64,000 nt of DNA from Promethearchaeota archaeon (GTDB lineage Archaea; Asgardarchaeota; Lokiarchaeia; Sigyniarchaeales; SOKP01): contig JAEOTA010000036.1 of assembly GCA_016840085.1 (NCBI GenBank), forward strand, positions 64,001 to 128,000, read 5' to 3'. Each line of letters begins with the position of its first letter. Position 1 is the stretch's first letter. Shown one piece after another: positions 20,224 to 31,211 of the stretch. A model generated the notes under the pieces. The model made no database searches, was not told the origin of the DNA, and worked only from the letters and a program-made list of their open reading frames with translations. Both the position numbers and the translations under genes were made by a program.

Positions 20224-21453
20224 ATGATTACAGATCAAAAGATTATGAAAAGATGGATGGTGGTATTAGGAGCAATTTTGATTCAACTTGCTTTAGGTTC
20301 AATTTATTCATGGGGAACTATGACTCAATTTATAAGTGGAGGAGAATATTTATCTGAATCTGCAGAAGTAACCATATATATTTTCGGCATTGGATTAGCT
20401 GCTTTTGCTATTACAATGATATTCGCTGGAAAATTACAGCAAAAATATGGTCCAAAAAAGATTTCTATGCTCGGAGCAGCATTTATTGGAGCTGGTACTA
20501 TCTTATCTGCTTTAATGACAAATTTCATTGGTTTATTTATTACTTATGGGATTATATTTGGAATGGGAATTGGTTTTGCGTATGTATGTCCAATTGCTAC
20601 AGCTGCTAAATGGTATCCAGATAAGAAGGGATTAATTAGTGGTATTGCTGTAGCTGGTTTTGGTGCGGGATCTTTTATCTTTAATTATTTAATAAGATTC
20701 TTTGCACCCCTTGGGATTCCAAGTATGTATCTATTATTAGGTATTATCTATTTGGCGTTTATTTTAACTGGGGCTATGACAATGAATACTCCTCCAGAAG
20801 GGTGGCTTCCAGAAGGCTATATTCCACCATCATTTACAGAAGATACTGCCGTTGGATTAATCGAATTTGAACGTAGTGAAATGGTTAAACAAAAACAGTT
20901 TTGGCTGTTATGGTTAGCTTATATATTAGGATGCATGCCTGGTTTATTAGTTATAGGAACATTCTCATCATTTGCTAAAAGCAATTCTTCATTTATAATC
21001 TCTGCCGCTGATTTTGTACTTGTAGGGAGCATAGGAGCATTGTTTAATGGACTTGGAAGAATTTTTTGGGGAAAAATTGCCGACATTTTTACTTATAAAA
21101 GAGCCATGTTGATGATGTTTACAGTACAGGCAATTTCATTATTCCTTTACTTCTCAACAAACATAGATATAATCTATTACTTGATTATTACTTGTGTTAT
21201 CCTTCTCTGTTTTGGCGGGAATCTAAGTTTGTTTCCTACGGGAACTGCTGATCTTTTCGGAAATAAACATTTAGGAGAAAATTACGGAGTTATGTTTACA
21301 GCTTATGGTATTGCGGGCTTCATTCAAGCAGTCGCTACAAATGCATTAGTTCTTGCTTTTGGTGGTTATTTCCAATTATATCTAGTTATGGCATTCTTTA
21401 CCATAGGCTCAGTAATCCTGGTATTTCTAGTGAAACCTTCTAAAAAAGAATAA
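20224..21453 (+). CDS. OFA-family MFS transporter (oxalate:formate antiporter-like)
   Basis: LGSIYSWG, KWYPDKKGLISGIAVAGFGAGS, NGLGRIFWGKIAD, NYGVMFTAYG. Confidence 0.92.
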   Translation: MITDQKIMKRWMVVLGAILIQLALGSIYSWGTMTQFISGGEYLSESAEVTIYIFGIGLAAFAITMIFAGKLQQKYGPKKISMLGAAFIGAGTILSALMTNFIGLFITYGIIFGMGIGFAYVCPIATAAKWYPDKKGLISGIAVAGFGAGSFIFNYLIRFFAPLGIPSMYLLLGIIYLAFILTGAMTMNTPPEGWLPEGYIPPSFTEDTAVGLIEFERSEMVKQKQFWLLWLAYILGCMPGLLVIGTFSSFAKSNSSFIISAADFVLVGSIGALFNGLGRIFWGKIADIFTYKRAMLMMFTVQAISLFLYFSTNIDIIYYLIITCVILLCFGGNLSLFPTGTADLFGNKHLGENYGVMFTAYGIAGFIQAVATNALVLAFGGYFQLYLVMAFFTIGSVILVFLVKPSKKE

Positions 21454-21546
21454 GAATTAGGCTTTAGTCAAAAAAATTTAACTTTTCTATTTTCCTTTTT
21501 TTAGAAACATAAGAAATAAAAAAAGAAATAGTTAAGAAATAATTAA

Positions 21547-23199
21547 TTATAACTTTCTACGTTTCATCTGAAATATAATAGCAGAAAATGAGACAAATAA
21601 TATTACTATCATGTATATATTATAACCAGGAATGATACCTCCTCCATCTCCATTGTCATCTCCATCTCCATTGTCATCTCCATCACCATTTCCGTCTCCC
21701 TCATAAGTAATTTCCACTTCCACTTCAATGCAGTTCGAAGTAGCATTTCCGAAATTATTGAAGGCTACACCTATAAAGTAATATGTTCCATTAGAATATC
21801 CCGTTAAAGGAAGTGAAAGATCATCAGTTTCCTCTTCTAATATCGTTATGCTATCAACAATTTCAGTAATATAATTTGAGGATTGATAAATTGAATAGCT
21901 ACTCACTCTTGGTGATGGAGTCCAACTTAATGTAAAATTTCCATCAGTATCTAAAACTCCCGCATCAGATGATAAAGTAAAACCTCCAGGAGATTCAATC
22001 GAAAACTTTACAAGAAAAAGATTATAAATACCTCCCCCTTCATAACAATAACCCGTGATATATATTTTATCAAAGGATTCAATAACTAAATCATAACTGT
22101 AATAATCATATGAAGGATTTCTCTCCCAATGTTTATACCATATAAGAGTTCCTGATGAATCATACTTTACTATGCTAATATTTGACATTACGGTATATCC
22201 TCCCACATAAATATAGTCAGCCGAATCTACTCCAATACCACGTGCTTCATCACTTCCTATAGTTCCCCAAGTTCTATTCCATTGCCAATTTCCTTCACAA
22301 TCATACTTAACAACGAAAAAGTCCCTTTGTATTGCCCCATAACTTAATGTAAAACCAGCAGCATATACATTATCCCTTGAATCTAATGTTATAGCCCATC
22401 CTTCATCTTGAGCAGTACCTCCCCACGTCTTATTCCATAAATCATTACCAGAGCTATTAAATTTCACTACTAAAAGATCCATAGTAACTGCTGACATACC
22501 CTCATAACCTGTAACATAGATATTATTAGATGAATCTAAGACAAGATCACGTCCAGATTGATAACCAGGACCATCAAATATAGAAGACCATTCTAAATGA
22601 CCTGAAGAATTATATTTTAATAAGAGCATTGCATAAGATGTGGTGAAAGTTTCACCAGAAATATATATTTTATCTTCAGAATCTATTTCTAGAGCCCAAG
22701 CATTATCATAATTCCCTCCATTAAAAGTTCTTTTCCATTCAAGATCTCCAGAACTATTAAATTTCAATAAAAGAGCATCAAAATTAGGAAATGTAGTCCC
22801 ATTAGCTCCAGCTACATATATATACCCATCTGAATCTAAAGCTATGTCATATCCTATTTCACGATTTCCATTATCCCAAGTAACATTCCATTGTTCTTCA
22901 CCAAGACTGTTATATTTAATCAAGAGAACATCTTCGTCTAAAGATGTTTCATTTTCTCCTACTATATAAATATCTCCAGTTGTTTCATCAATTACAATAC
23001 CTTGTCCAATTTCATCATCTCCCCTATCCCAAGTACGATTCCAATCTTCAGAAAAAGATAATTGTAATGTATCAAAAGAATTTTTAGAGGAAATTGATTT
23101 ATTTGATGTATAAAAAATCTTATTTAAATTAATAAGAAATATCGAGAATAGAAGAAATATCAGCAAAATCTTGAACTTTTCAATTTTTTTTTTTTCCAC
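21547..23199 (-). CDS. Secreted SBBP beta-propeller repeat protein with Loki-CTERM-like anchor
   Basis: Repeats of D-S-x-x-N-I-Y-V-x-G...LVKYNSSG...WNxTW; C-terminal IPGY + TM + KRRKL. Confidence 0.88.
   Translation of the reverse strand: MEKKKIEKFKILLIFLLFSIFLINLNKIFYTSNKSISSKNSFDTLQLSFSEDWNRTWDRGDDEIGQGIVIDETTGDIYIVGENETSLDEDVLLIKYNSLGEEQWNVTWDNGNREIGYDIALDSDGYIYVAGANGTTFPNFDALLLKFNSSGDLEWKRTFNGGNYDNAWALEIDSEDKIYISGETFTTSYAMLLLKYNSSGHLEWSSIFDGPGYQSGRDLVLDSSNNIYVTGYEGMSAVTMDLLVVKFNSSGNDLWNKTWGGTAQDEGWAITLDSRDNVYAAGFTLSYGAIQRDFFVVKYDCEGNWQWNRTWGTIGSDEARGIGVDSADYIYVGGYTVMSNISIVKYDSSGTLIWYKHWERNPSYDYYSYDLVIESFDKIYITGYCYEGGGIYNLFLVKFSIESPGGFTLSSDAGVLDTDGNFTLSWTPSPRVSSYSIYQSSNYITEIVDSITILEEETDDLSLPLTGYSNGTYYFIGVAFNNFGNATSNCIEVEVEITYEGDGNGDGDDNGDGDDNGDGGGIIPGYNIYMIVILFVSFSAIIFQMKRRKL
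21643..21700. repeat. 18-bp coding tandem repeat (GDGDDN linker)
   Basis: tccatctccattgtcatc x2 plus a degenerate copy; encodes GDGNGDGDDNGDGDDNGDGG. Confidence 0.8.
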
Positions 23200-23355
23200 A
23201 AAAATTCACTTTTTTTTATAGATTTATTAAGTTAGTAACTAAATTAGATAAATATATTATTTTTTCTCTAATTATATATATCTATTCTTTTCTCAAGTAT
23301 ATAATTTTATAAGAGAGAATTTTCATATAATTTAAAAAAATCGAGGTATATTTTT

Positions 23356-24237
23356 ATGGGAGATTTTAAAAAGATGGAACAAGCCTATAAAGCTTCATCC
23401 AAAATACTTGAAAAACGTATGGCAAAAGAGCGTCCAAAGGATTTAGAAATCCTAAAGAAAATAAAAGACTCTTCGATCATTATCGTCGCTGGTTCTTATG
23501 ACAAAATAGAACTTGTCTTAGATCTGATTAAAATTCCTTATGTCTTGATTGAACCTCATGAATTCAGTCAAATTGATTTAAATCCCGACCAAATCTTAAT
23601 TGTTAATTGTCCGGGAGAAATTCAAGAAGGCTTAGAGAAAATTCGAGAGTTTGTAAAAAAGGGAGGGTTCTTATTTACCACTGACTGGGCTTTATTACAT
23701 ATTTTAGAAAAAGTGTTTCCTGAATATGTAAAATATAATGAACGTCCTACAGCTGATGATTGTGTCGGAGTGGAGGTTGTAGATAAGAGTAATAAATTTT
23801 TAGAAGGATTATTTAATGAAGATGCTGATCCCATTTGGTGGCTTGAAAGTTCATCGTATCCAATTCAAATCCTTGATAAAGAAAAAGTAAAAGTATTAGT
23901 AACAAGTAAAGAAATGCAGGAGAAATACGGTGAAGCCCCAATTGTCATTACATTTAATTATGGCGATGGTGGCACAGTTTTACATATGACAAGCCATTAT
24001 TATCTCCAGAGAGCAGAACTTAGAACAAAACGACATAAAATGAGCGCAAAAGAATATGCAATGAAAGAAGTAGGATTATCTGAAACTGAAGCGGATATGG
24101 ACGAATTGGAAGGATTAAGTCTAGGAGAAGCAGAGAGTGCTTATTCAACAACACAATTTATTAGCAATGTCATTGTTGAGCAACAGAAAAATATTAAAAA
24201 GCGAAAGAAGCAAAAGAAAGAAGAAGAGGAAAAATAA
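23356..24237 (+). CDS. Hypothetical protein, class I glutamine amidotransferase-like fold suspected
   Basis: 293-aa ORF with GAGGT RBS; IREFVKKGGFLFTTDWA, GGTVLHMTSH. Confidence 0.75.
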   Translation: MGDFKKMEQAYKASSKILEKRMAKERPKDLEILKKIKDSSIIIVAGSYDKIELVLDLIKIPYVLIEPHEFSQIDLNPDQILIVNCPGEIQEGLEKIREFVKKGGFLFTTDWALLHILEKVFPEYVKYNERPTADDCVGVEVVDKSNKFLEGLFNEDADPIWWLESSSYPIQILDKEKVKVLVTSKEMQEKYGEAPIVITFNYGDGGTVLHMTSHYYLQRAELRTKRHKMSAKEYAMKEVGLSETEADMDELEGLSLGEAESAYSTTQFISNVIVEQQKNIKKRKKQKKEEEEK

Positions 24238-24721
24238 TCCTTAATTATAATTTTTTATAGCTTTTTATAGATAGGTAGGAAGAAGGGGATTTTAAAACAA
24301 GCCAATGGATAAAATTAACTCCCCTACCTTTGTTACCTAATTCCAAATAAAAAAATGCTTAAGACCTTATACCCCGACTATAGAAACCTCGAACTGTCTG
24401 GAAATAATTATTACTTAAAGTGAGTAATTTCATCTTATTCTATTTCTCAATTTTTATTTAATTATTAATTGTAAACTTAGTATTAATGACTTTAAGAGTC
24501 CAATTTTTATTATATATAAAAAATTAAATTTGAAAATAAAAACATTAGCTTTCCATTCCCAAAGGATTATAAAGAAGTAAATTACTTGGTTATTAAGCTT
24601 ATAATTAAGAAAAATACGGTAGCTATTAGATTTTATATTATACGTTTTTGAATAAAAATAAACAAAAACTATTTCAATTTTCTTATATTTTCAAAAACAA
24701 ATATTTTCCTCTTTACGAATC

Positions 24722-26146
24722 ATGGAAGAGATATTACCACTCCCACGAGAATTAAACGGAAAACGGTTAATTGGATATTCTATGGGAGATTTAGGGTTAT
24801 CTTTAGGTAATATCTTCACAGGTGTTTTTGTTTTTCAATATTATGTATATACAATTAATTTAAACGCTCTATTTGTTTCAGTTGGGGTAACCGTACAACT
24901 TATTATCGGAGCGCTCTTTTCTATAATATTTGGAGTAATTATTGACAAAAAAAAACCAGGTAAATTAGGCAAGCGACGGCCTTTTCTACTAATTGGCTTA
25001 CCTATATGGTTTATTACCGGTATTTTAATATGGATTCCCCCGTGGTATTGTCCAGAAGGAAATTCGATGTATATACCAACAGCAATCTATTTTTGGGTGG
25101 TAATTATAATTAGATCCATTTCAAGATCGTTGTTATTCAATGTATACGTTTCTATGCTTCCTGAACAGTCTCAAACTTTAAAAAACAGGGAGTCTGTAGC
25201 CTCTGTACGATCTGGTTTTTCTATAACTGCTTCAATCGTAGCACTGATGTTACCGCTAATAATTCAGAGTATTGTTGAAGATCCTACAAATGTTAAATGG
25301 TGGCAACCATCTGGTAAAATTATTCTTTTTTATATCCCAATAATTGCTGTTTGTTTTGCTATTTTTGGATTAATAGCTGTTCTTCTTATATTTTTCTCGG
25401 TTGATGAGAGTTTTCATAAAACATCACCTCCTTCTGAGAAGAAGAAAATTAGTTTAATAGAAACATTTAAAGGCATGGCGTTGCCGGCTAAAGATCGTAA
25501 CTTCAGGTACTTGGTAATGGCGGGATTTTTTGGGGGTATTGCTGGAAAAATATTAGGGCTTTTAGTGTTTCCTTTTCAAACGTATGTACTCAAGTTTACA
25601 GCAGGTTTTTTCTTTGTTTACGTTTTAATCTCAGTTTTTGGTAAGTTCGGGTGGTACTTTGTGTGGATGAAACTTCGAAAAAGGAATCATTTACTTAGAT
25701 CATATTCTATTGCAATGTTATTAGCAGTAATAGCTTCATTTTTTGGAATGTTCTTTTTAATTGGAATACTTCCTTTTGAAATGCAATTAATATTATATAT
25801 TTTAACATGGAGCACAGTTTTGGGTTCAATGTACTCCCTTCCTTTATTTTCAATCCCTATAACAGCTGCACTTGTTCATGAAGCAGCAGAAAATGCTGAT
25901 GAATCAAATATAGATAAAGCTATGTCAAAAATTTCTGGATCATATTACGGTTTATCACAATTTATTGCATCAATGGGACCAGCTACTGCTTCGTTAATTG
26001 TTGGATTTATTCTTTCTGGACCAAATGAAGAAAATGCAATAATCCTCATATTACTTTTTATATCTATGGGTCTTTTTTACTTGATAGCTTTATTTATTAT
26101 TAGAAAAATAAAAGTTAAACAGACTTCTCTATATAAGTATCAATAG
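24722..26146 (+). CDS. MFS transporter, GPH/MelB-like sugar:cation symporter
   Basis: GKLGKRRPFLLIGLP; about 12 TM. Confidence 0.88.
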   Translation: MEEILPLPRELNGKRLIGYSMGDLGLSLGNIFTGVFVFQYYVYTINLNALFVSVGVTVQLIIGALFSIIFGVIIDKKKPGKLGKRRPFLLIGLPIWFITGILIWIPPWYCPEGNSMYIPTAIYFWVVIIIRSISRSLLFNVYVSMLPEQSQTLKNRESVASVRSGFSITASIVALMLPLIIQSIVEDPTNVKWWQPSGKIILFYIPIIAVCFAIFGLIAVLLIFFSVDESFHKTSPPSEKKKISLIETFKGMALPAKDRNFRYLVMAGFFGGIAGKILGLLVFPFQTYVLKFTAGFFFVYVLISVFGKFGWYFVWMKLRKRNHLLRSYSIAMLLAVIASFFGMFFLIGILPFEMQLILYILTWSTVLGSMYSLPLFSIPITAALVHEAAENADESNIDKAMSKISGSYYGLSQFIASMGPATASLIVGFILSGPNEENAIILILLFISMGLFYLIALFIIRKIKVKQTSLYKYQ

Positions 26147-26177
26147 TTTGAGAGCTAATAAGATAGAATATATATAG

Positions 26178-27260
26178 CTATATATTGGCTGGATTTCTAA
26201 TAAAAACTTCAATTAATCGTACTGTGTCATAGATATCTTCAAGTTTTAATAATGAAGTGGGTGAGTGAATATAACGACAAGGGACAGAAACTACTGAACT
26301 AGGTACACCTTCTCGAGTGACTTGAATTTTCCCAGCATCAGTTAATCCATACATCGGCTTCTTTAGTTGATATGGAATTTTTTCTTGCTCTGCATTTTTT
26401 ATAAGTCTTCTATTTATTTTTGGACTTGAGATAATCGATTTATCTGCGACGGTTATAGCTGGACCTTTGCCAATATAAACGGGAATCTCTGATTCCTTAA
26501 TACCTGGCACATCTGCAGCCGTAGTATTCTCAATCGCAATCCCCATGGTTGGATTAAGTTTAAAAGCTCCTGTTGTTGCTCCAATTCTACCTATTTCTTC
26601 TTGTACAGCAAAATTGTACAATACAGTATCTTTAATTTCGGAATTCTCATTTAATAGCATCATTAAATGAAGAAGCACATTACATCCTGTTCTATCATCA
26701 AAAGCTTTCCCGCAAACCATATTATTTGGGAACTCTTCAAAAGTAGCAGAAAGGGTGCCTACGGAACCTATATTAATTTTAGAGTTTAACACTTCATCTT
26801 TTGAACTCATTCCTATATCAATATACATATCATTAAGCTCTACTATCTTTTTTCGTTCACTTACTGACGTAAGATGTGGAGGTTTAGACCCTATAATTCC
26901 CGGCATTATTTCTCCAGATTCAGTTCTTAATATTACAGATTGACCCAATAATATACGAATATCCCAACCACCAACCGGAACAAATCTTAAAAAACCATTC
27001 TTTTCAATATGAGAAACCATGAAACCAATTTCATCCGTATGCGCATCTAACAAGATTTCATTTTTACTTTCATTTCCTTCCTTTACAGCAAGAACATTTC
27101 CTAATTGATCTATCCAGACTCTATCCACTAAACCTTTATTTTCAATTTCACTAAGGATGAATTTACTTACATCTTCTTCATATCCAGAAACACCGAAAAA
27201 AGAAGATAATTTTCGTTGAAAGACTCTAATGCTTTCAATATTTAATATTTCACTCTTCAT
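26178..27260 (-). CDS. M42-family (TET) metalloaminopeptidase
   Basis: GVSGYE, DAHTDEIGF, KAFDDRTG, QEEIG, TDAG, PCRYIHSP. Confidence 0.93.
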   Translation of the reverse strand: MKSEILNIESIRVFQRKLSSFFGVSGYEEDVSKFILSEIENKGLVDRVWIDQLGNVLAVKEGNESKNEILLDAHTDEIGFMVSHIEKNGFLRFVPVGGWDIRILLGQSVILRTESGEIMPGIIGSKPPHLTSVSERKKIVELNDMYIDIGMSSKDEVLNSKINIGSVGTLSATFEEFPNNMVCGKAFDDRTGCNVLLHLMMLLNENSEIKDTVLYNFAVQEEIGRIGATTGAFKLNPTMGIAIENTTAADVPGIKESEIPVYIGKGPAITVADKSIISSPKINRRLIKNAEQEKIPYQLKKPMYGLTDAGKIQVTREGVPSSVVSVPCRYIHSPTSLLKLEDIYDTVRLIEVFIRNPANI

Positions 27261-27389
27261 AATTTAAAGAAATAGAATTTATTATGAGATTAAATAATTT
27301 GAGATAATTAAAACTATTTAATCAAATTATTGAAATACTTAAAAAAATTGAGTGAATACTAAAAATGATATTAATTAAGTTTAAAAAAA

Positions 27390-29057
27390 TTATTTTTTAC
27401 GTTTTTTTAATTCCGCAATCGATTTTTCAGCTAGAATTATCGCATCATCTGACCTTGACTTATATTTCTTTACTTGTGCGTCTAATTCGATTATCCTATT
27501 ATTTAGATCTAATACTGTTTCGCTATCCTCGGTTAATTGAATCATATCTCCCTCACCAGATTTTGCCATTTCTTTAAGATACTTATATTTCTCTTTCCAA
27601 ACATTTATCTCAGTTTGCAATTCTTCAATAGTTTCATCTGTTGCTATCAGAGGGATATCTTTTCCTTCTTTTACATCAGCAACTTTTTGTTTTAATCGCC
27701 CTACCTCATCCTCTAATTCTTGAACTCTAACTTTTAATGCGGCAATCTCATCTAAATAATCTCCTGCCTTTTTTGGTTCCAACATTTCTTCAAACATAGA
27801 TTTTCCAGTTTCCAGTTCATCAGCAGATTTTCCACCCAAAAGTCTCTCCTTACGTTTCTGTAGTTCTTCTACTGTGTTATCTGAAAGGAAATCTAAAGGA
27901 TTAAAGCTAACCCCACCATGCTTGGTTCGTCGTGCTCTTATTTTAACAAAGAGAGGAATTCCTTTCACAGCTTCTCCACAGATTATAGCTTGCCCTTTAT
28001 CTAACCCTGAAATATCTGATTTGTTGTCATTACTTAAATCTTCTGCACTTGATATTGTAATTCCAATATCTCTTATATCTGATAAGTTGTGAACAACCCA
28101 CGTTCCTGCTTGAGCTCTGATTGTTGTATCTAATAATTGTGGACGTTGTGTTCCAATCACTATATTAGCACCGAATTTTCTACCCTCTTGGGCGAATAAT
28201 TTAACAACTTCACAAGTTTCTGTCTGTTTCTTTCCAGCAAATAAGTGAGCCTCGTCTAAAAACAAGTAGAAAGGAGGTATTCCTCTTGTTGTGCTTGCAT
28301 CATATAATTTTTTTAGTAATTTACCTGCTATAGCTTCTTGAACTTCTAAAGCTAAACCATTTAGATTAACCACAGTACATAAATTAGGGGCAACAATATC
28401 CGAAGGCTTTAATGAAAATAAATACTCAATATCAACATCTCCACCCTTATTTTTCTTCAAATCAGAAAATTCAACAATTCTATCTACAAACTCACTTTCA
28501 CCTTCCGGAAGGTCTTCACCTGCAACCTTCAAACTCCCATATTCTCCATGTCTATCTAATATTACTAAAGGAATTCCCTTCTTAAGAAATTCCTCACATA
28601 ATACACCCATTGTATAGGATTTTCCAGAGCCAGACTTTCCTGTAATAAAGATTCTACCAAAATTCTTTATTAATAAATAAACTTCATAAGGATAACCGAT
28701 AAGCTTTCCCAAAGAGAGAGATTCTTCTGGTGGGTTGAAGATTCCTAAAATCTTTGAAATTTGTTCTTCTTTAGCCATGAAGACATCCGAGCCAATTTCA
28801 AAAGGTCTGGTCGGTCGCTCTCCTAAAACTTGTAGTTTAGCCATTCGTCCCTTCTCATCAGTCCACATATCGCTAATGTAAAGTACGTAATAAGTTTTGT
28901 TTCCTTCCTCATCTTTTTCACCGAAAACTACTAAATAGTTATTTCTTTCAACTGAAGGACCTTCAAATACGGCTGTAACTGTATGAACTGTGGTCTTTCC
29001 AGTTAATCTACCTACTGGCTTTTCTTCTTGTGTATGTTCTTCTGTCATTAATACCAC
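27390..29057 (-). CDS. HerA/DUF87-family P-loop ATPase with C-terminal coiled coil
   Basis: GKSGSGKS, DRHGEY, LFLDEAH, QEGRKFG, GTQRP; coiled-coil tail. Confidence 0.9.
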   Translation of the reverse strand: MVLMTEEHTQEEKPVGRLTGKTTVHTVTAVFEGPSVERNNYLVVFGEKDEEGNKTYYVLYISDMWTDEKGRMAKLQVLGERPTRPFEIGSDVFMAKEEQISKILGIFNPPEESLSLGKLIGYPYEVYLLIKNFGRIFITGKSGSGKSYTMGVLCEEFLKKGIPLVILDRHGEYGSLKVAGEDLPEGESEFVDRIVEFSDLKKNKGGDVDIEYLFSLKPSDIVAPNLCTVVNLNGLALEVQEAIAGKLLKKLYDASTTRGIPPFYLFLDEAHLFAGKKQTETCEVVKLFAQEGRKFGANIVIGTQRPQLLDTTIRAQAGTWVVHNLSDIRDIGITISSAEDLSNDNKSDISGLDKGQAIICGEAVKGIPLFVKIRARRTKHGGVSFNPLDFLSDNTVEELQKRKERLLGGKSADELETGKSMFEEMLEPKKAGDYLDEIAALKVRVQELEDEVGRLKQKVADVKEGKDIPLIATDETIEELQTEINVWKEKYKYLKEMAKSGEGDMIQLTEDSETVLDLNNRIIELDAQVKKYKSRSDDAIILAEKSIAELKKRKK

Positions 29058-29235
29058 ATAAAATAATATACGTTATAATGATCTTAGAAATTTTAAAAAT
29101 ATAAATCTAAGCGAATTTTTAATAAAATTGCGAATCTTTAGCTTCTATTATTACAAATTATAATTAACAATTTAAAATAAGAAAAGGAAAAAAAGAAATT
29201 TAGTCCTTTTATTAAAAGTAATAAATCATATTTAT

Positions 29236-30165
29236 TTACTTTCTTTGATAAATAATACTTTTCTTTACCATTTTTATGGGTTTATAGGATTCTTTTGCTC
29301 TTTTTAATCCTTCTATGCCCAAATCTTGTTCCCTATTAACATATTCTATATCTACGCAGCAATTCTTTAAGAACAAATTATTGATTGCTTGATAAGAACC
29401 TTCATATTCCATATGAGCTTTCTCAATATGAATCACTAACGTTTTTTCATTTAACATTTCACCGAATGTATAAGCAGCACATTTGTCTTCTACACAGATT
29501 ATCCCTCCACTATAACCAAGTGATTCAAAATTATTTAAAGCTTCATGTATCGCATCATGTTCTGCTTCTAAGCTTTCATCTTCGGTGCAAGCCCTCATTA
29601 TGCACCATTCTAATTGAAGTTCTTTACATTTTTCAACAAGATCTTTAGTTATTAATTTGAAATCATAATTATAATTATTAAAGAATTTTTGCAGCCATCT
29701 TCTATTTTGTCTGTACTTATTTCCCGCTAAATTAAGAATCTCTTCTTTGTTATAAATATAGTCCCAATTATTACGATCTTCAAGGCAATCTAAATTTAAT
29801 ATCTTAAATTTCTCATTTTTAACTAACTCTACACAGATATCTTCAGGAACTCTATGAACTTCAATATCATGAATATTCTCAAATAATTCCAAAATAATCT
29901 CATCAGGATGCGGACCAATTGGAGGAAAGAAGTAAATATAATTTTTAGAATCTACATTAATCGGTTTTCTTCTAGTTTTTAAGTAATCATACGAAAATAA
30001 GATTAAATGCTCCTTAAATTGAACAAATAAGAAATTATAATAATTCCTCCACATGAAGAGGTTTGTAAATGTAAATTCAGAAATTTCTGGTGAAAATTTA
30101 TGAAAATAATCATTAAATAATTTTTTATCTGTTATATTGATAGGTTTTCCCGTGCTAAGATCCAT
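29236..30165 (-). CDS. DUF2156/phosphatidylglycerol lysyltransferase-domain protein
   Basis: FTFTNLFMW, DRNNWDYIY, IHIEKA, VNREQDLGIEGLKRAKESYKP. Confidence 0.9.
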   Translation of the reverse strand: MDLSTGKPINITDKKLFNDYFHKFSPEISEFTFTNLFMWRNYYNFLFVQFKEHLILFSYDYLKTRRKPINVDSKNYIYFFPPIGPHPDEIILELFENIHDIEVHRVPEDICVELVKNEKFKILNLDCLEDRNNWDYIYNKEEILNLAGNKYRQNRRWLQKFFNNYNYDFKLITKDLVEKCKELQLEWCIMRACTEDESLEAEHDAIHEALNNFESLGYSGGIICVEDKCAAYTFGEMLNEKTLVIHIEKAHMEYEGSYQAINNLFLKNCCVDIEYVNREQDLGIEGLKRAKESYKPIKMVKKSIIYQRK

Positions 30166-30256
30166 GGATTATTTTTATTTAAAGAGCTTTAAAAGTATTA
30201 TCCTTTTAGATGAGAAACTTGAAATATTTCCTTGTTCTAAAATATTTCAAAAAAAA

Positions 30257-30685
30257 TTAGTATTGTTTTCTGATTAATTTTAATATTTCTTTGATAAAAT
30301 TTTCTACATCAATTAATTTTTCTTTTATAAACATAAGAACTTTTGAATTGTCAATTTTAGCATATCCATGGACTAAGATATTTCTGAACCTAGCCATATT
30401 GGTTAAATTTTTACTCAATGGTTCTTTAATAATATCATTTTTATCAAGAATCTCAAACATTTCAGCATAACTTTCTGCTCTTTGAAACCCTTTTGCAGAA
30501 ATTATATGTGACGCAATATCAATGCAAGCTTCAATTATTTCAAATAGAGAGTATTTTATAGCTTGAATATCTTTATAGCTACTTAAAAGTTCAACTTCAT
30601 TTTTTTCTTTATATGTACTTAAAAAAGTTGTATTTCGTTCAATAATATCTATTTTGCCATGAATTAACTCCTTATCTATTTGCAT
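30257..30685 (-). CDS. hepT: HepT/DUF86 HEPN ribonuclease toxin
   Basis: RNILVHGY (RX4HXY) motif; overlaps the upstream MNT gene. Confidence 0.88.
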   Translation of the reverse strand: MQIDKELIHGKIDIIERNTTFLSTYKEKNEVELLSSYKDIQAIKYSLFEIIEACIDIASHIISAKGFQRAESYAEMFEILDKNDIIKEPLSKNLTNMARFRNILVHGYAKIDNSKVLMFIKEKLIDVENFIKEILKLIRKQY

Positions 30686-31091
30686 ATCTCAACTCTCTCA
30701 TATTATCGTAAATTTCAAAATGTGGCTTAATATCTAAATATTCTTTCATAATTTTTGCTTCAAATTGAACTCTTTTGGTCTCATCACTCGCGTAAATAAT
30801 TTTAGAATTTTTAAGCATTGAATAAAGAAATCTTAAAGGTTTATCATTTAAAATTCTTACATCTACGGGTTTAATCTCTCCCAAAGTATCTCTAAGCTTT
30901 TTTTCAAATTTTCCAGCTATTTTTGCTTCATACATTAGCTTAGGTTTAAAGCTTTCGCTAATTAATAATCCAACATCAATATCTTCATAAAAATCACTGT
31001 ATAATACAGAACCATAAAGATAGGATGCGATAATCTCCTTATTTTCTGATAAAATTTCTGTTAATACCTTCTTTATTTCTTCAATATTCAT
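30672..31091 (-). CDS. mntA: MntA minimal nucleotidyltransferase antitoxin
   Basis: YLYGS...DIDVG, VDVRILN; coupled to hepT. Confidence 0.88.
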   Translation of the reverse strand: MNIEEIKKVLTEILSENKEIIASYLYGSVLYSDFYEDIDVGLLISESFKPKLMYEAKIAGKFEKKLRDTLGEIKPVDVRILNDKPLRFLYSMLKNSKIIYASDETKRVQFEAKIMKEYLDIKPHFEIYDNMRELRYANR

Positions 31092-31211
31092 TTTATAATA
31101 ATTTTAATGTCCTTTCAATTAAATATATTTTATGTGGACAAATAAAATTTTTTTTTTTCTTAATTAAAAAGTAAAGTTACAATCTTATACCAGATTAAAC
31201 TTCTTTATATA

